Shown here one piece after another: positions 50,271-63,170 of a stretch of DNA of 64,000 nt (position 1 is its first letter; each line of letters begins with the position of its first letter). The position numbers and the translations under genes were made by a program. Source of the stretch: Vicugna vicugna (taxonomy: Eukaryota); contig MU058213.1 of assembly GCA_013265495.1 (NCBI GenBank), forward strand, positions 7,022,066 through 7,086,065. The letters run 5' to 3'. The notes under the pieces were generated by a model. That model was not told where the DNA came from, did not search any database, and saw nothing but the letters and a program-made list of their open reading frames with translations.

Positions 50271-51573
50271 AGCAGTTGCTTAGTAAACATTGTTTTAAGT
50301 TAACAACAAAAAGCCTCTGAGAGCCAATTTTTTCCCAACTTCTGCTCCAGGACGTCAGTTCCCATCTCTTCACCAGGAAAGGCACCAACCTGGCCTGTAG
50401 TTTTATTCTAGGAGGGCCATACTCATCTTTGCTAAATGATGTTTCTAGAAGAAACCTTTGCTCTTGAGCAGCAACAAGAGGTGTGTGGAAATTCAACATA
50501 AGCAAGAATCCTCTCAGAGCCATTTTCCCTAGTTCCCTTGCACAAAGCAGGCTTTTCCCCTCCACTCAAACAACAACAATTCGTTTTGCTTTGATAGGTC
50601 CTCCTAAATAATGGTTTCATCGTTAAACATCTGGCTTCTTCCTAGCAGATGAGGCCTCCAATGAGGAAAGTGTGTTTATAATTCTAATTTGAAACACAGC
50701 ACATTAATATGCTGATTCTCACAATGTTTGCCTTAACCTGTTTGGAGAAATTATGACTACAAATATCTTGTACACAACACCTCTAACTACCAGCTTGTAC
50801 AAACAACATAAGAGCCAGAGCGCCTCATCCAGACGATTGGAACCACTTCAGAGGCGATCATGATTAGTGCTTTGGCTGGAAGCCATATTTTACACAGAAA
50901 CGCAGCATCTGTCTCTGAGATGCTGTCCCAGGCTCACAGAACCACCTCCACGGTTACTAATAAGCCCATTCAAGGGAGCCAGATGGTCTGACGGGAAGAG
51001 CCTGCCTTTTCCTGAGCTAGGCACACTGGAGGGAGGGAGCCAAGGCAGGCTCCAACTCCTGTTTCCTCGGGCTCCAGGTTCCTACAAGGCAGGGTGCAAA
51101 CAGGCGCCACTAAAAAAGAATGTAAATGAGGGTGCTATTCATTATTTACAGCTGGCTCCTTGCCATCCCCTCCTCCTCTGGGCGACAGCGGCCAGTAGGA
51201 ACAGGGAAAGCATCTGATGAGAGCTGGGCAACCCTGGAGGCCTCGAGCCATTGCAAAGCAGTTTCTTTTCTTCTGCGGAGGATCCTGCAGGCTCAGCATT
51301 TCTGGCCCGGAGAACAGCTGAGCTCTTCACTTCCTTCCTAACAAAGCACCAGAGTTCTTCAGCCTCCATGTTTGCACCAAGGGTGTTTGTGTACAACCTG
51401 ATCCAAAAGAGCAGACTTGCTGCTCTATTCCCACTTGTAGCCAAGGTCCTTTGCCCCATGCTGGGTTCAAGGAAAGAGGTGGGGTGGGGGTAGTGACTGG
51501 TCTATAAAGGGGAGACACCTGCAAGCAAGTTCTAGATTCAATTGGCCAGAAGCTGCATCAAGGGAATAGTTCC

Positions 51574-51635
51574 TGCTGTACACCAGAAAGTAACACATTA
51601 TAAACCAACTCTACAGCAACCAAAAATAAACAAAT
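51574..51635 (+). mobile_element. Minimal L1 3' terminus
   Basis: tgctgtacaccagaaagtaacacattataaaccaact; degenerate TSD aagggaatagttcc / aagagaacggttcc. Confidence 0.75.
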
Positions 51636-51849
51636 AAAGAGAACGGTTCCTTTCTTCTGGGTGAGTGCCCATGCTGTAAAAGTTCAGTATTTACATGTCT
51701 ACGTCATCTTTCTCCAACTGATTTTAAGTAACATGAGAGCATGGACCACACGTCACACTTATTCTCAATTTCTCCAAAGTAGCAAGCTAACCCAGTGCCC
51801 AGAAGATCACTGCTAAACCCTTAAAAACAGTTTTTAAGTCTAAGTAAAC

Positions 51850-52193
51850 TTTTTTTGTATGAATTTTTTTTTATTGAAGTATAGGCAGTTTGCACTGTGT
51901 CGATTTCTGGTGTACAGCAAAGTGCTTCAGTCATAAACATACATATACTCATTTTCATATTCTTTTTCACCGTGAGTTACTACAAGATACTGAATATAGT
52001 TCCCTGGGCTATACAGTATGAACTTGTTTACCGGATTTTGTGAGAATCCTCTTGTATTTCAAAGCGAGAGACACTCTGCCAGAGTTCAGTAGGTGTTCTG
52101 TGCAATTCAAGGGGCTTGTAGATGTAATTCTTGGTGTATTTGTGGGAGAGCGAGCTGTGAATCTCTCTACTCCGCCACTTTGGTACCTCCTCC
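51850..52193 (-). mobile_element. Internally deleted L1: 5' terminus fused to 3' terminus
   Basis: On - strand, ggaggaggtaccaaagtggcggagtag (L1 5' start-like) runs to aatccggtaa, then acaagttcatactg (L1 3' UTR) and A tail; 14/16 TSD at 51834-51849 / 52194-52209. Confidence 0.8.
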
Positions 52194-52296
52194 TTAACTC
52201 TATGTAAACGTTTTGATTGAATATAAAATGTATAATTTTGCATTTTGAATTTAATCTAATATATCTCTACACAAATTGCAAAAACTAAAGACTGCT

Positions 52297-52390
52297 GGGG
52301 GGTGAGTATAGCTCAGTGGTAAAGCGCATGCTTAGCTACCATGAAGTCTTGGATTCAATTCCCAGTACCTCTACTGAAAAAAAAAAAAAA
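52297..52390 (+). mobile_element. Vic-1-type SINE (short A-tailed form)
   Basis: gagtatagctcagtggtaaagcgcatgcttagc...ggattcaattcccagtacctc followed by A14. Confidence 0.9.
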
Positions 52391-52589
52391 TTAAGACTCT
52401 TGCTGCTGGGGTTCACACAGACCAGCTCCCCATGTTGGTTGCCAAAAGTCAGGTAACTTTTCAATTCCACCTGAGTCTTTTCCTTTAATTGTTTAAAAAA
52501 TAAATGAATACAGGAACAGACACATCTATATGCTCTCTTCTTGAACGTGGAATTTTTTTCTTGCCTAATGATATAAAACATGCTGGCTG

Positions 52590-53195
52590 CTAGTGCTAAT
52601 CCAGATCCTCTGGATTTAAGTGACAAAAGTCCAACTCTAAATATTCTCATCAAAAAAGGGGGTAGGGATTTGTTGGCTTCTGAATTCAAACTATGAAGAC
52701 AGCACTGATGGAGCCAGGTCCAGGGTGAGCTAGATGCAGACTCAGAGGCCTCCCCTCCCTCTCTTCGCCCTCTCTTATCTCTGCATTTGCCCGCATATCT
52801 GCTTCAGTTTCTCCGGACAACTGACCCACACATTGGAAATACGGCCACAGGCAACCCAGGTTGATATCCCTCCAGCCACATGGAAAAGACTGAAAGAAAA
52901 GCAAAAAAAAAAAATCCTGCTCTTCTCCATCAGTTCCAGTTAGAAAAGGAAAGGATCCTGATTGGCCTACGTGAGTCGTGTTCCTAGGCATGGGCTGGTC
53001 GTGTGACTGGGGGAGAGTGAATGAGCTGGGCTCAGGCTTGGTCACGTGCCCATCTCTGTGGCCCAGGAGAGAGACCGGCAGACACCCACCAGTACTGACT
53101 GAGGTGGAGATAAAACCATTGCCCAAAGATAAGGACTGCTGTTACCAGAAGGCAGGCAGGAGGAGGGCCTGGGCCAACTCAACACATCCTCTATG
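52590..53195 (-). mobile_element. MaLR solo LTR (MLT1J/K-like)
   Basis: aagtgacaaaagtccaactc...ctgattggcct...ggcttggtcacgtgcccatc...gctgttaccagaaggc. Confidence 0.75.
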
Positions 53196-53729
53196 TTACT
53201 TTAGGGGGGAAAAACAAGTTATGCAAGGCCACATTATTATTTTTTATGTCAGATATTTGCAGCAGCAAACAAGTTTACCTCCACAGCCTTGGAAAACTGA
53301 AGACAAGGATTTGACTCCTGATGGTATTTTTTATATTTCCCCAAACAACTTTTGAGAAGTCGAGAAAGTTCACCATCCCAGCCAATGACATCTCATTTCT
53401 AACATTTTATTATTATTATTTGTTTTTATTGTAACTGAAATTTTATGTGCAATGAGTTTAAAAAGGCACATAGTTCTACAAAGGGTAGTTATCATAGAAA
53501 GTAACAGTTCTCTAACAACCTTCCCCCTATCCCAGTAAAGCACATTTACTATTTATTTTGACACTTACCTCTATACCTCTAATAGGAAATGTCAACATTT
53601 TCCTTTCGCATTTTTAGTTTTAAGCATTGCCTACTGACTTCACTTATTGAGTAGGTATTTCATTCTCTCTCTGCCCCACCTCTCCAACACACACACACCA
53701 CACGTGGGCATACTTTCCAATATTTTTTA

Positions 53730-54360
53730 AAGAGATCCCAATTGTTTTATTTTTAGGGTGTCATTCAAATCTTTTTTTAATTTGAGATCTTATTTCAGGG
53801 ATTATTTTTTACTTTTTTCATTTTATAAACTTTCAGAAAATTCTGTAGTGGTTTACCACTTTCAAAAGTCCTACACACATTTCATGTAATCCCATAATAA
53901 TCCTTTTTTTAATCCCCTACCCCTTACCTGCTTCTTTTTTGCTTTATTCATTCATTTGTTGTATTTTTTAGAATCCCACATGTAAGTGATATCATACAGT
54001 ATTTGTCTTTCCCTGATTTATTTCACTTAGCATAATGCCCTCCAGGTTTATCCATGTCACTGCAAATGGCAAAATATCATTCTTGTTTATGGCTGAGTAG
54101 TAGTCTATTGCGTATATAAACCCACGCTACTCATGGTCAACCAATCCACAACAAAGGAGGCAAGAATACACAAGGGAGAAAAGACAGTCTCAATCAGTAG
54201 TGCTGGGAAAACTGGACAGCAACATGCGAAAGAATGAAATCAGAACACTCTCCAACAATATATAAATACCACAACTTCTTTATCCATTCATCTGTTGATA
54301 GACACTTAGGCTGCTTCTAGACCTTGGCTACTGTAAATAATGCTGCTATGAACATTGCTC
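53730..54360 (-). mobile_element. L1 3' region (L1MA/Art-type) containing an inverted internal ORF2 piece
   Basis: ttatttcacttagcataatgccctccaggtttatccatg...tttatccattcatctgttgatagacacttagg. Confidence 0.88.
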
Positions 54361-56011
54361 CCAACATATTTTTTTCATATTTTAGTTTGATTATTCACTT
54401 TTACCTTCTGATGATTATGTGAACACTACTGCACTACTGAGCCATGAATCACGTTATAATTTTCCTTCTTTCTTGTACAGCTTTTTATTTTCCCTAGAGT
54501 TAATACTTATTTGGGTTTTGTTTGTTTGTTTTGCTTAGTTTTCTGGTTTGCCTGGTTTTTAGTGAATTCTCACTACTTTATCTTCAGATTCTCCCCCTGA
54601 TTAATCAACTTTCCTTTCAATACATTTAAACACTACTCATTTTATTTTTGGCATTTTCTCTTCCTGGCCCTTCTGACCTGCTCCAATCTTCCAGTTGCTC
54701 TCTTGCTCAAAGCAAGAGCACAGATTCATCGAGGCCTCTCCCTCCATCATCATCCTGAACATTTTCTTCACCTCTCTCTTGTGTTATAATTCTCTTTCTC
54801 TGAATCTGTACCTTCATCAACATTTGTTTACTTCTTTGTTTTGACAGACCACTTCTTCGAGCTGTTTTATGAGAAAAAGTTGCAGAAGAGGTAAAAACTG
54901 TTTGTGGTCTCACCCGTCTTAAAAATATATATATTTATTCAACCCTTACGCTTCACTGATATTTTAGCTGGGTGTAGAACTTGAGGTTAGAGAGCACGTG
55001 CAAAGTCTGAAGTGACTTGGATTCCCAGTTCTTTGTATATAAACTTCCGTTGCTCTCTGGAAGCTTTAGGACCTTCGTTTTGATCCCAATGTTCAAAAAT
55101 ATTACCATGATATACCCTGGTATGAATCTGTTTTCATCCACTTTGCTGGGCACTTGATGGTTCTTTTCATGCTGAAAACTTCAGGGCTTGAATGATTTAT
55201 CTGATAATTTCCTCATTTTCATTCATCCAGTTCTCAATCACAAATTTCTATTACATAGATGTTAGGCCTCCTAGTCTGATCTAATTTTCTTATCTCTTTT
55301 TCTCTGTTTTACATTTCCTTGCCTTCTTATTCTGGTTTCTAGAAAATTTCCACAATCTTATCTTGTTAACCTTATACTAAACTTATGATTTTGTATCATA
55401 ATTTTCTCCAAGACCGTCTTAGTTTTTATTCTTCTGATTATTCATTTATTATAGCGCTCTGTTCTTATCTTGGGAATGCAAAATCATCTCTTAACCAATT
55501 CTTCCTTCTACTTCTCCCTAAACTGGTTAGTTCCCTAAACTACCTCCTCAGATTTGTTTTTTGGCTCAAGTGTCTTTCATTTTAGAGAGAACCCATCCTC
55601 AGATGTCTGGTTATCCTTCACTATCTGCACACATTTAAGATGACAGCACTAAGAAGCTGACGGAAGCTCTCAATATATGGGTTGGGTTTTCAACTCTGGC
55701 TGGGCTTGCTTCATTGGGAAGCCCCCAATGTTAACATGTTTAGATTTTTTCTCATAGACTAGTCAGATTGTTCAGATACTAAGTTCCTAATCGCATGCCT
55801 AAAAGTGGAAGCTGGCTACCAGCTTATGGGGAGTCAAGTGCAGGACGAAAACCAAGTTTTCAAATTCAGGTAGTCCTTTCAGTATGGTATCCCTGCCCTC
55901 TTATATGCATCATGTCCCTTAGTTCGGAGAATAAACTTCACAACTTTCTGCTGCACTGAGGGAGGGGCAATCATCCAGCTGTTCCAGGTAGCAGAAGGAG
56001 ATGATTTAACT

Positions 56012-56860
56012 CTATACTGTCCGATACAGTAGCTACTAGACACTGAAGCTATATAAATTTAAACTAAATTAAGCAGATCCAGCAATCGTATTCCTGGGCA
56101 TATATCCAGAGGAACCTTAATTTAAAAAGATACACCCACTTGAATATTTATAGCAGCACTATTTACAATAGCCAAGACATGGAAACAGCCTGAATGTCCA
56201 TTGACAGATGACTGGATAAAGAAGCTGTGGTATATTTACACAATGGCATACTACTCAGCCACAAAAAATAAAATAATGCCATTTGTAGCAACATGGATGA
56301 ACTTGGAGACTGTCATTCTAAGTGAAATAAGCCAGAAAGAAAAATACCATATGATACCACTCATATGTAGAACCTAAAAAAAAGACAAATGAACTTATTT
56401 ACAAAACAGAAATAGACTCAGGCATAGAAAACAAACTTATGGTTACCAGTGGGGGAAAAGGGTGGGAAGGGATAAACTGGGAGTTCGAGATTTGCAGATA
56501 CTAACTAGTATATACATAAAATAGATAAATAACAAGTTCATACTGTATAGCACAGGGAACTGTATTTGCTATCTTGTAGTTACTTATGGTGAAAAAGAAT
56601 ATGAAAACGAATATATGTATGTTCCTGTAAGACTGAAGCATCGTGCTGCACACCAGAAATTGACACAAAATTGTAAACTGACTATACTTCAATAAGTAAA
56701 TAAATATACACACATACACACACACATAAATTAAGCAAACTTCAAAATTCAATTCCTCAGTTTCACCAGTCACAACCCCACGTGACTAATGGCTGTTGTG
56801 CTGGACAGCACAGGTACACAGTGTCTCTACCACTGCAGGAAGTTCTATTGGACAGCACTG
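56012..56860 (-). mobile_element. MER3 (hAT-Charlie MITE) split by an L1 insertion
   Basis: ctgtccgatacagtagctactag on the left; aattcaattcctcagtt...aagttctattggacagcactg on the right. Confidence 0.85.
56076..56726 (+). mobile_element. Camelid-type L1 3' end
   Basis: gatccagcaatcgtattcctgggcatatatccag...gactatacttcaataa; perfect TSD taaattaagca (56065-56075 / 56727-56737). Confidence 0.95.
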
Positions 56861-58431
56861 CTCTAACTGTTTCTCAAATAGACTCTTGACTAACCCTCTT
56901 GTTTCAACCTCATATTTAATGCCACTTCCAAGAGATATCTGGAACCCCTAATTCCTGAGCCCACTGGAAGTTTTGAGGTGCAAATCTGGTTGACTTTTTG
57001 GCTTTTCCCATCACGATGGTAACTTCACAGAACAATGATCTTGGTGTTGTTCACTGATAAATCCAAAGGACCAAGAAGAGGGCCTCACTCATGGGAGATA
57101 CTCCATATATGTTTGCAGAATGTTGAATAAATGTTTTCCCCACTGTTGACTTAGGATTCAGAGTTGTCATATCTGCTAAGCCAACTAACTACTCATCCTC
57201 CTGCTTTCTAGTTTCCAAAAATGTTACTGTTAATGTCTCCATTCTCATTCTCTTTGTTATTTTTCATCTGTGTCTCACTGCCATTTCAGAGGGGTATCAG
57301 GAGGAAGCCAAGATAAATGTCTGTATTCAATAACCATTTTTTACCCAAAGTGCATTTCTAAATCAAAGGAAAAATCAACTTAGGATACCAACTTTTTAAA
57401 GGAAAAGATCTAGTTTTTCTAGAAAAAAAAATATGAAGCAAATACCAGAAAAGGCAAAAAGATATTCAGATTATATTAAAAGAAGAGAAGATTGACAGTC
57501 ATCCTATGAAGGATGTCAACGTATGGTTTAGGAAAATTTTTTTATGGTTTTCTTACATAACTATGATGTAACTCAGACTGTAAAGAATTCAGACCCCCTC
57601 CCCACGTTAGGAACCTCTGGTTTGGAAGGAGAATAGCATAAGAAATATATAATCCAACATTTTTTTGTAAGAGTAATTTTCTAAAACTCACATAATGATT
57701 TACAGGACATTAAGGCAAGACCCCTAGGAGATTATTTTAGTGGAAATTTTCCTCAGCCTTAGTATGAGGAGTTGATACGGTTTCAAAAGCTAATAATATG
57801 AAGTTTCTCCTTGTGCCAGGAAACCCTTGGAAAAGTTGGCACTGTAGGTTGGAAGGTAGTCTTTGCCATATTATTCACTTAGAAAAATATATAGCCTTGA
57901 TAAATTATCACCAATGGCACCACAAGGCCTGGAGACTCTTATCCCAAGTGATAATTTATCCAAGTTGCAAACAAGGGACAAATACAGAAAAATGGAATGT
58001 TTACTCCTTGCTCTCTGTCTAGAGAAAGCATGCCTGCTTACTACTTAATAGTATTTCTATTAATAAGGCCCAACTCAATGTCCCAATATAAAAAAATAAA
58101 TAAATAAAGTTGTAAATGGATGTCATCAATGCCTAGTAAGTAAGAGAAGGACACAGCCACGCAGGGCTACCCCAGAGCCAGGCTACGGGTGAGCCTCACT
58201 TTGGTCACTCCTATGACATGGGTTTCAACTGCTCAACTTTTAGGCCAAGACAAACCTTGTCAGCAGAGGCCTTGAAAAACAGTATGTTCATCATTCCTTA
58301 TTATTCTGAGTTAAAAAAAAATAAGAGTACTTTTGTTGCCAAAATTTCCTTTTGACTGAGCTCTGTTCTTGGGATTCTGAAATATTCCATTTTCTGCCCC
58401 CCAAAAAGAATCAATGTGAAGAAAAGAGGTA

Positions 58432-59120
58432 TTCACATTGCCTCAAAGTATCTTCCAAAATATTTATCATCATGCAGTTTTAATATACATCCACAAATTC
58501 TCTGATATTCGTCACTCCTCTCCTTAGTATGGGCAGGACTTGGTGACTCACATTTAACAACTAGGGAGAAAGGGAACAACTCTGCAGTGGGAGAAACCTG
58601 GCAGACACAACCTTCCACAGTGACCAAGGTTAACCGGGCCAGCAACAGGTCATGCTGATAGCACGAGCCACCCTCCCATGATGTGATCAGCACACTTTCA
58701 CCTCCATGATATTCTTCCCTCAATTCCATAATCCAGTCCATGAGAAAACATCAGACCAACCCAAGTTGAGGGACCTTCTACAAAATGCCTAAACGGTACT
58801 CTTCCAAAGGGCCAAGGTCATGAAAAACCAGGAAGGAGTAAGAAACTAAAGAGTGGAGAAGACATGACAACTATATCCACGTGGTGTCCTAGAAAGCAAA
58901 AGAAATCGAGGGGAAAGTGGTGACATCAGAATAAGTCCGTCATTTAGTCACTGGTATTGCAACAACATTAGTATCTTAGTTTTAGTAAATGTACCAGGTG
59001 TCTGTAAGATGCTAACATCAGCAGAAGCTGAGTGAAGGTACACAGGAACTCCCTGTACTGTCTTTGAAACTCTTTCAAAAATCCTAAATTATTTTTAAGT
59101 TAAAAGATCTTTTTAAAAAA
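58432..59120 (+). mobile_element. L1MC/MD-type 3' UTR
   Basis: gagaaacctggcagacacaacctt...catgagaaaacatcagaccaacccaagttgagggaccttctacaaaat...ggaactccctgtactgtctttg. Confidence 0.85.
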
Positions 59121-60259
59121 GAAAAATTTATTAAATAAGGCTTGGATAAGAGAAAGGACCCCTAAAATACTGCTTTAAAGAGAGGTATTTCTTTCAAGTA
59201 ACATGATTAAATTCATGCTTTATCGAAATTTATCACCTGCATCTTAACAGGGCTCAGCAGTGTTCAGCTACAGAAAGCCCATCTGGGTCTTTCTTTGCGC
59301 AGCGCTGTAAACGTGTGTGGCCTTTCACACCCACTCCGGAAGCTTTAGTCTCTCCTCTTTCAAAGATCTTTATACTAGAGTATAAAGTTCTCAGAAGCTC
59401 CAGAAGAGGCACTGCAGAAAGACCCACATTCCAAGGTAGGTTAGCTCCCCAAATCTAGCCCCTCAGTACTTCGGGTAAGACTTTATTACTTTCAGAAGGG
59501 TAGCTGAGATGCATTTTGCTCTGAAGGTTCTGCCTACTACAGGGATAATTTCAACTGGGTCTCCAAACACTGCTCTTTAAAGTTGTATAAGACATTACAT
59601 CACCATCTCTGCTATTATTAAAACACACCATTCTTTACCAAGCCAACAGGCTCACTCTGCAGGCTGAAGCCAGGGTAGAAAAGGTGCTTGCTTTGACTTG
59701 ATTTCCCAGAGCTATTCATAGACCAGGGCTGGGCCTGCACACCTACACTATTGCTTTACTGTCAATCGTGGGCACCCTGAGCAACTGTTTCTGGCCATTC
59801 GCTGTCCAAGGCTTAGTCCAAGGACACTAAGATAAAAAAGCTCCAGTCCCCAGTACACCTACCTAAGTGTGGTAGTGTGGAAATACCTGGTAAAGGTTAA
59901 ACTGCGTATATAGTACGTATATCCCCATCCAGATGTCCTATATATTTTTTTCCTTTTCTATACAAAAGTCTCTATTTTAACATTTAAAAGAATCACACGT
60001 TCATTCCAAAAGTCTTATGAAACGGGCCACCTGCACATAGGGACTTGGAAGGCTTATTGCACAGTTTTTTAACTGGTTGGAACCAAGTGGCCACCTTCCC
60101 CATAGCTGGGCTCCAAGTGTGTCTTCCACAAAGATGCCTTTACTCAAAAGAGGCTGTGGGTGGCTGGACTTGAACCTTGCCTCTGGATCGATTGTACAAC
60201 CAGTGAAGTTATGAACACAGTTCTCGTGGCCATATATACAGGCGCCAAATACATACATT

Positions 60260-60820
60260 CTAATGCCAAAGCTGCACGTGTGCCAAGAGATATGGCCAAG
60301 AATGTGCAAAGGAGCCTTGCTCAAAATTTCTAAACCTAGAAACAAGTCATCCACAATAGATTCAGTAAATATGATGTATTTATAAAATGGAATTTACGCA
60401 ACCATGAACCAACCGTGACAACTCGTACCAACAGAATCAATCTCATAAACATAATAATGAAAGAAGCAAGTCACAAATGGGATACAAATAGAACGATGCC
60501 ATTTATACAAAGTTCAAAAAGAGGCCCAATTAAACAATATATTGCAGAGGGATACATGCTCAGGTGGCATTTCCTAAAAACTACAAAGAAAAGCAAGTTG
60601 ATAATTAATGTGAAATTCAGGATAATAGTTACCTACAGGAGGTGGGAGCAGAGCAGGGTGCACAGGGGGTTTCTGGAGATTGGCAAAGTCCTGTGTGTCA
60701 GGCCTGGGGAGAGACACAGGAGTGTCTGACTTGAGGACGGGTATTCTTTACACTGCACACACACATTTTACATTCTCTTCTGCATGTATGCTACAGTTCA
60801 TAAAAATGTTTAAAATATGC
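60260..60820 (+). mobile_element. L1ME-like 3' fragment
   Basis: gaatcaatctcataaacataataatgaaagaagcaagtcacaaa...ccatttatacaaagttcaaaaa. Confidence 0.8.
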
Positions 60821-60929
60821 TATGACCAAAGTAAAACATATTGCAATAATACTAATGGCGTCATGAGCTCCCAGTCTTCTAGCACCTGTTAGAAACTGGA
60901 TGTAATAGAGCACCACCAGTGCTTCTGTA

Positions 60930-61500
60930 TTTTTATAGGAAGTCACAAGGAGATAGGAGCCCAATCTGCCCTAGCAGTCAAGGAGGACTTCAAGGAAGAG
61001 GTGACCCTTGAGCTGAGAATAATTATCCAGAAAGAGCACAGGGAAAGAGCTCTCACCAAGAGGCCCAGAAAGTTAAGGGAATATACCACAGCTGGGAAAA
61101 TTAAATAATGTGTTCCAGCTGCTCTTAAGAGGTCAGTGGGTGTTAACTAGAGAGGTAGGTGAGGGGACATTAGTAAAAACATGTTATTCCTTCCTAAAAG
61201 AGGAGTTTGGACCCAATTCTGAGAGACAATGAAGTTTATCCATCATAGCAATTCTCAGCTCATCCTCGGAGTCAGGGTGAGCCTGGAGAGGGAAAGCAGA
61301 CAGGAGGACACTGCCATCCTCCGGAGAGATGTGACAGCTTACACCAGGGCAGAGAATGTGGGGATGAGGAAGGGAGGGGGTCTAGCAAGACTCGAGGTGC
61401 CATCAACGATGTTTAGTGAGTTGCTGGATACCAAGGTGAGGGAGAGGGATGGGTCTGGGATGAGTCTCAGGAATCCGGCTTGGAAGAGAAATTCAGAATA
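60930..61500 (-). mobile_element. L2 fragment
   Basis: Purine-rich antisense L2: gtcaaggaggacttcaaggaagaggtgacccttgagctgag...aggagtttggac. Confidence 0.75.
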
Positions 61501-62999
61501 AAGTTAAGGAATTCCAAGGGAAGGGCAGGGTGCTAGTGGGGAAGGGTTTCCTTCCACTAAGGGGAAGTAAAAAGAGAGAGGTGATGGGCCCAAGTGCACA
61601 TCTAACAGCCGTTAGCTTTGAAGCTGTGTGGAAGCAGCCCTTCTGGGCTCACTGCCAACATCCAGAGTAGAGAGGAGGAAAATCAGAGGAAACAGGGCTG
61701 GTCTGTCTCTTTATGAACAGCGAGGGAGGAGACAGAATCCCATAGCAATAGTGAACTTCTTAGATTGTCCCTGGTTTTTGGTACTGATGTCATCCTTGGT
61801 CTCCTTGGGTCAACCAGAGAGTGGGGCAGCAAATCACAGAAGAGATGGCATGAGTCTCCTCAGTACCAAAAGTGCGGCTCTCACTGGGTACCAGCGATGT
61901 GGTTTTCTCCATGAAGTTGTCAAATTATAGAGACCAAATTATGGTTCTGATTTCATGTGTCTTCAATAAATGCAAAATATAGAGAACTCCTTAGACACCA
62001 GGAGTGAGTAATCCTTCCGTCAAGGTTTGATGGGCAATCTCAATGTAGTATTTGCAAAGCATCTATTCTTCATTTACTCAACCCCATCCTCCAAAAAAAT
62101 TACTCTGTGAAAATCTAAAGCATCCCATCCCTAATTCAAGGACTCTGAAGGGTTATTTTTGGTGGGAGACGCGTGGAGAGGAAGGTGGCTTGCACCACCA
62201 GTTGCAGCACAGGGACAGGAAGGTCAGAGGGACGAAGCTGGCAGAAGCTGAAATGGCACCTAGGGCTCAAAGACACAGAGCCTCCACCTCCCCCCTATTC
62301 TCCCCACTTCCTGTTACCTTCAGGACAAAGCAGCAGCAATGATGTGTCCATCTTCCCATCATTCTGTGACATTTATCTTAACATTTTAGCTGCCTAAGAA
62401 TAGTTTGGGGTGTAGAAAAACATATCAAGTTCTTGGAAAATACACATTTGCATTCATTCATTCTCAATCCTGGGAACCGACAGAAACTGTGAGGATGAGA
62501 AGCTGTAGTGAGCTCATGGACGTAAAATTACTTCCCCTGAACCTCATACCACCGTGGATTCAATTCATCCAAAGTGCACTGCAAGTCAAGGAGTGAGAAT
62601 TTTGAAGGACTTGTGGGGAGGAAGGGAGAGTCTAAGGATGACGTTCATGAGGGCTTTACACACCCACTCATACACCCATTCATTTCCTCAGTGTCAGAAC
62701 ACACCACCACCTACAAGGTGTAACTTTTTTTTTTTAACATGGCATCACCCACTCCACGCGCCTGCCCAGCCCCCACCACCGAAAAAGTCTGCTTTAAAAC
62801 ATAATGCTTCTGCCAACTGTGGCAAAACCATCCCCCACTTGCTTTTTTTGATTTGGTGCACCTGCACCATGGGAAAGGCAATATTCCAAGGGGTGGGGAA
62901 AGCATGGAACAGGCATCGAGGGAATAAACCAAATCAATGTGACTCACTGTGGACTTGTGTCTGGGGCCAGCCCTCAACTCAGTAATGCTATTACCAAAG

Positions 63000-63170
63000 C
63001 TCTCTGCACAAGGTATGCCCTTGAGCCATCACAGCAAACCCCTAGTACCGCATTAGCTCTGTTTCACAGCTCAGGAAACAAGCTCGAGTGTGGTTAAGTC
63101 AGAAACTTGGCCAAGATCACACAGCAGGTAAGACGGAGGGGTGGGACACAAACCCAGGCAAGCCTGCCCG
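63000..63170 (-). mobile_element. MIR SINE
   Basis: tttcacagctcaggaaacaagctcgag...aacttggccaagatcacacagc. Confidence 0.75.

Larger units (their letters stand above)
54380..57350 (-). mobile_element. Fragmented HAL1/old L1 ORF1 and 5' region hosting later insertions
   Basis: ORF 54953-55153 (PSKVDENRFIPGYIMVIFLNIGIKTKVLK) resembles the L1 ORF1 motif PRHIIVKFQNTGDKEKILK; T-rich degenerate flanks. Confidence 0.6.

Noticed and set aside
59368..59387. Palindrome ctttatact-ag-agtataaag
   Set aside because: 9-bp AT-rich arms are within chance expectation.
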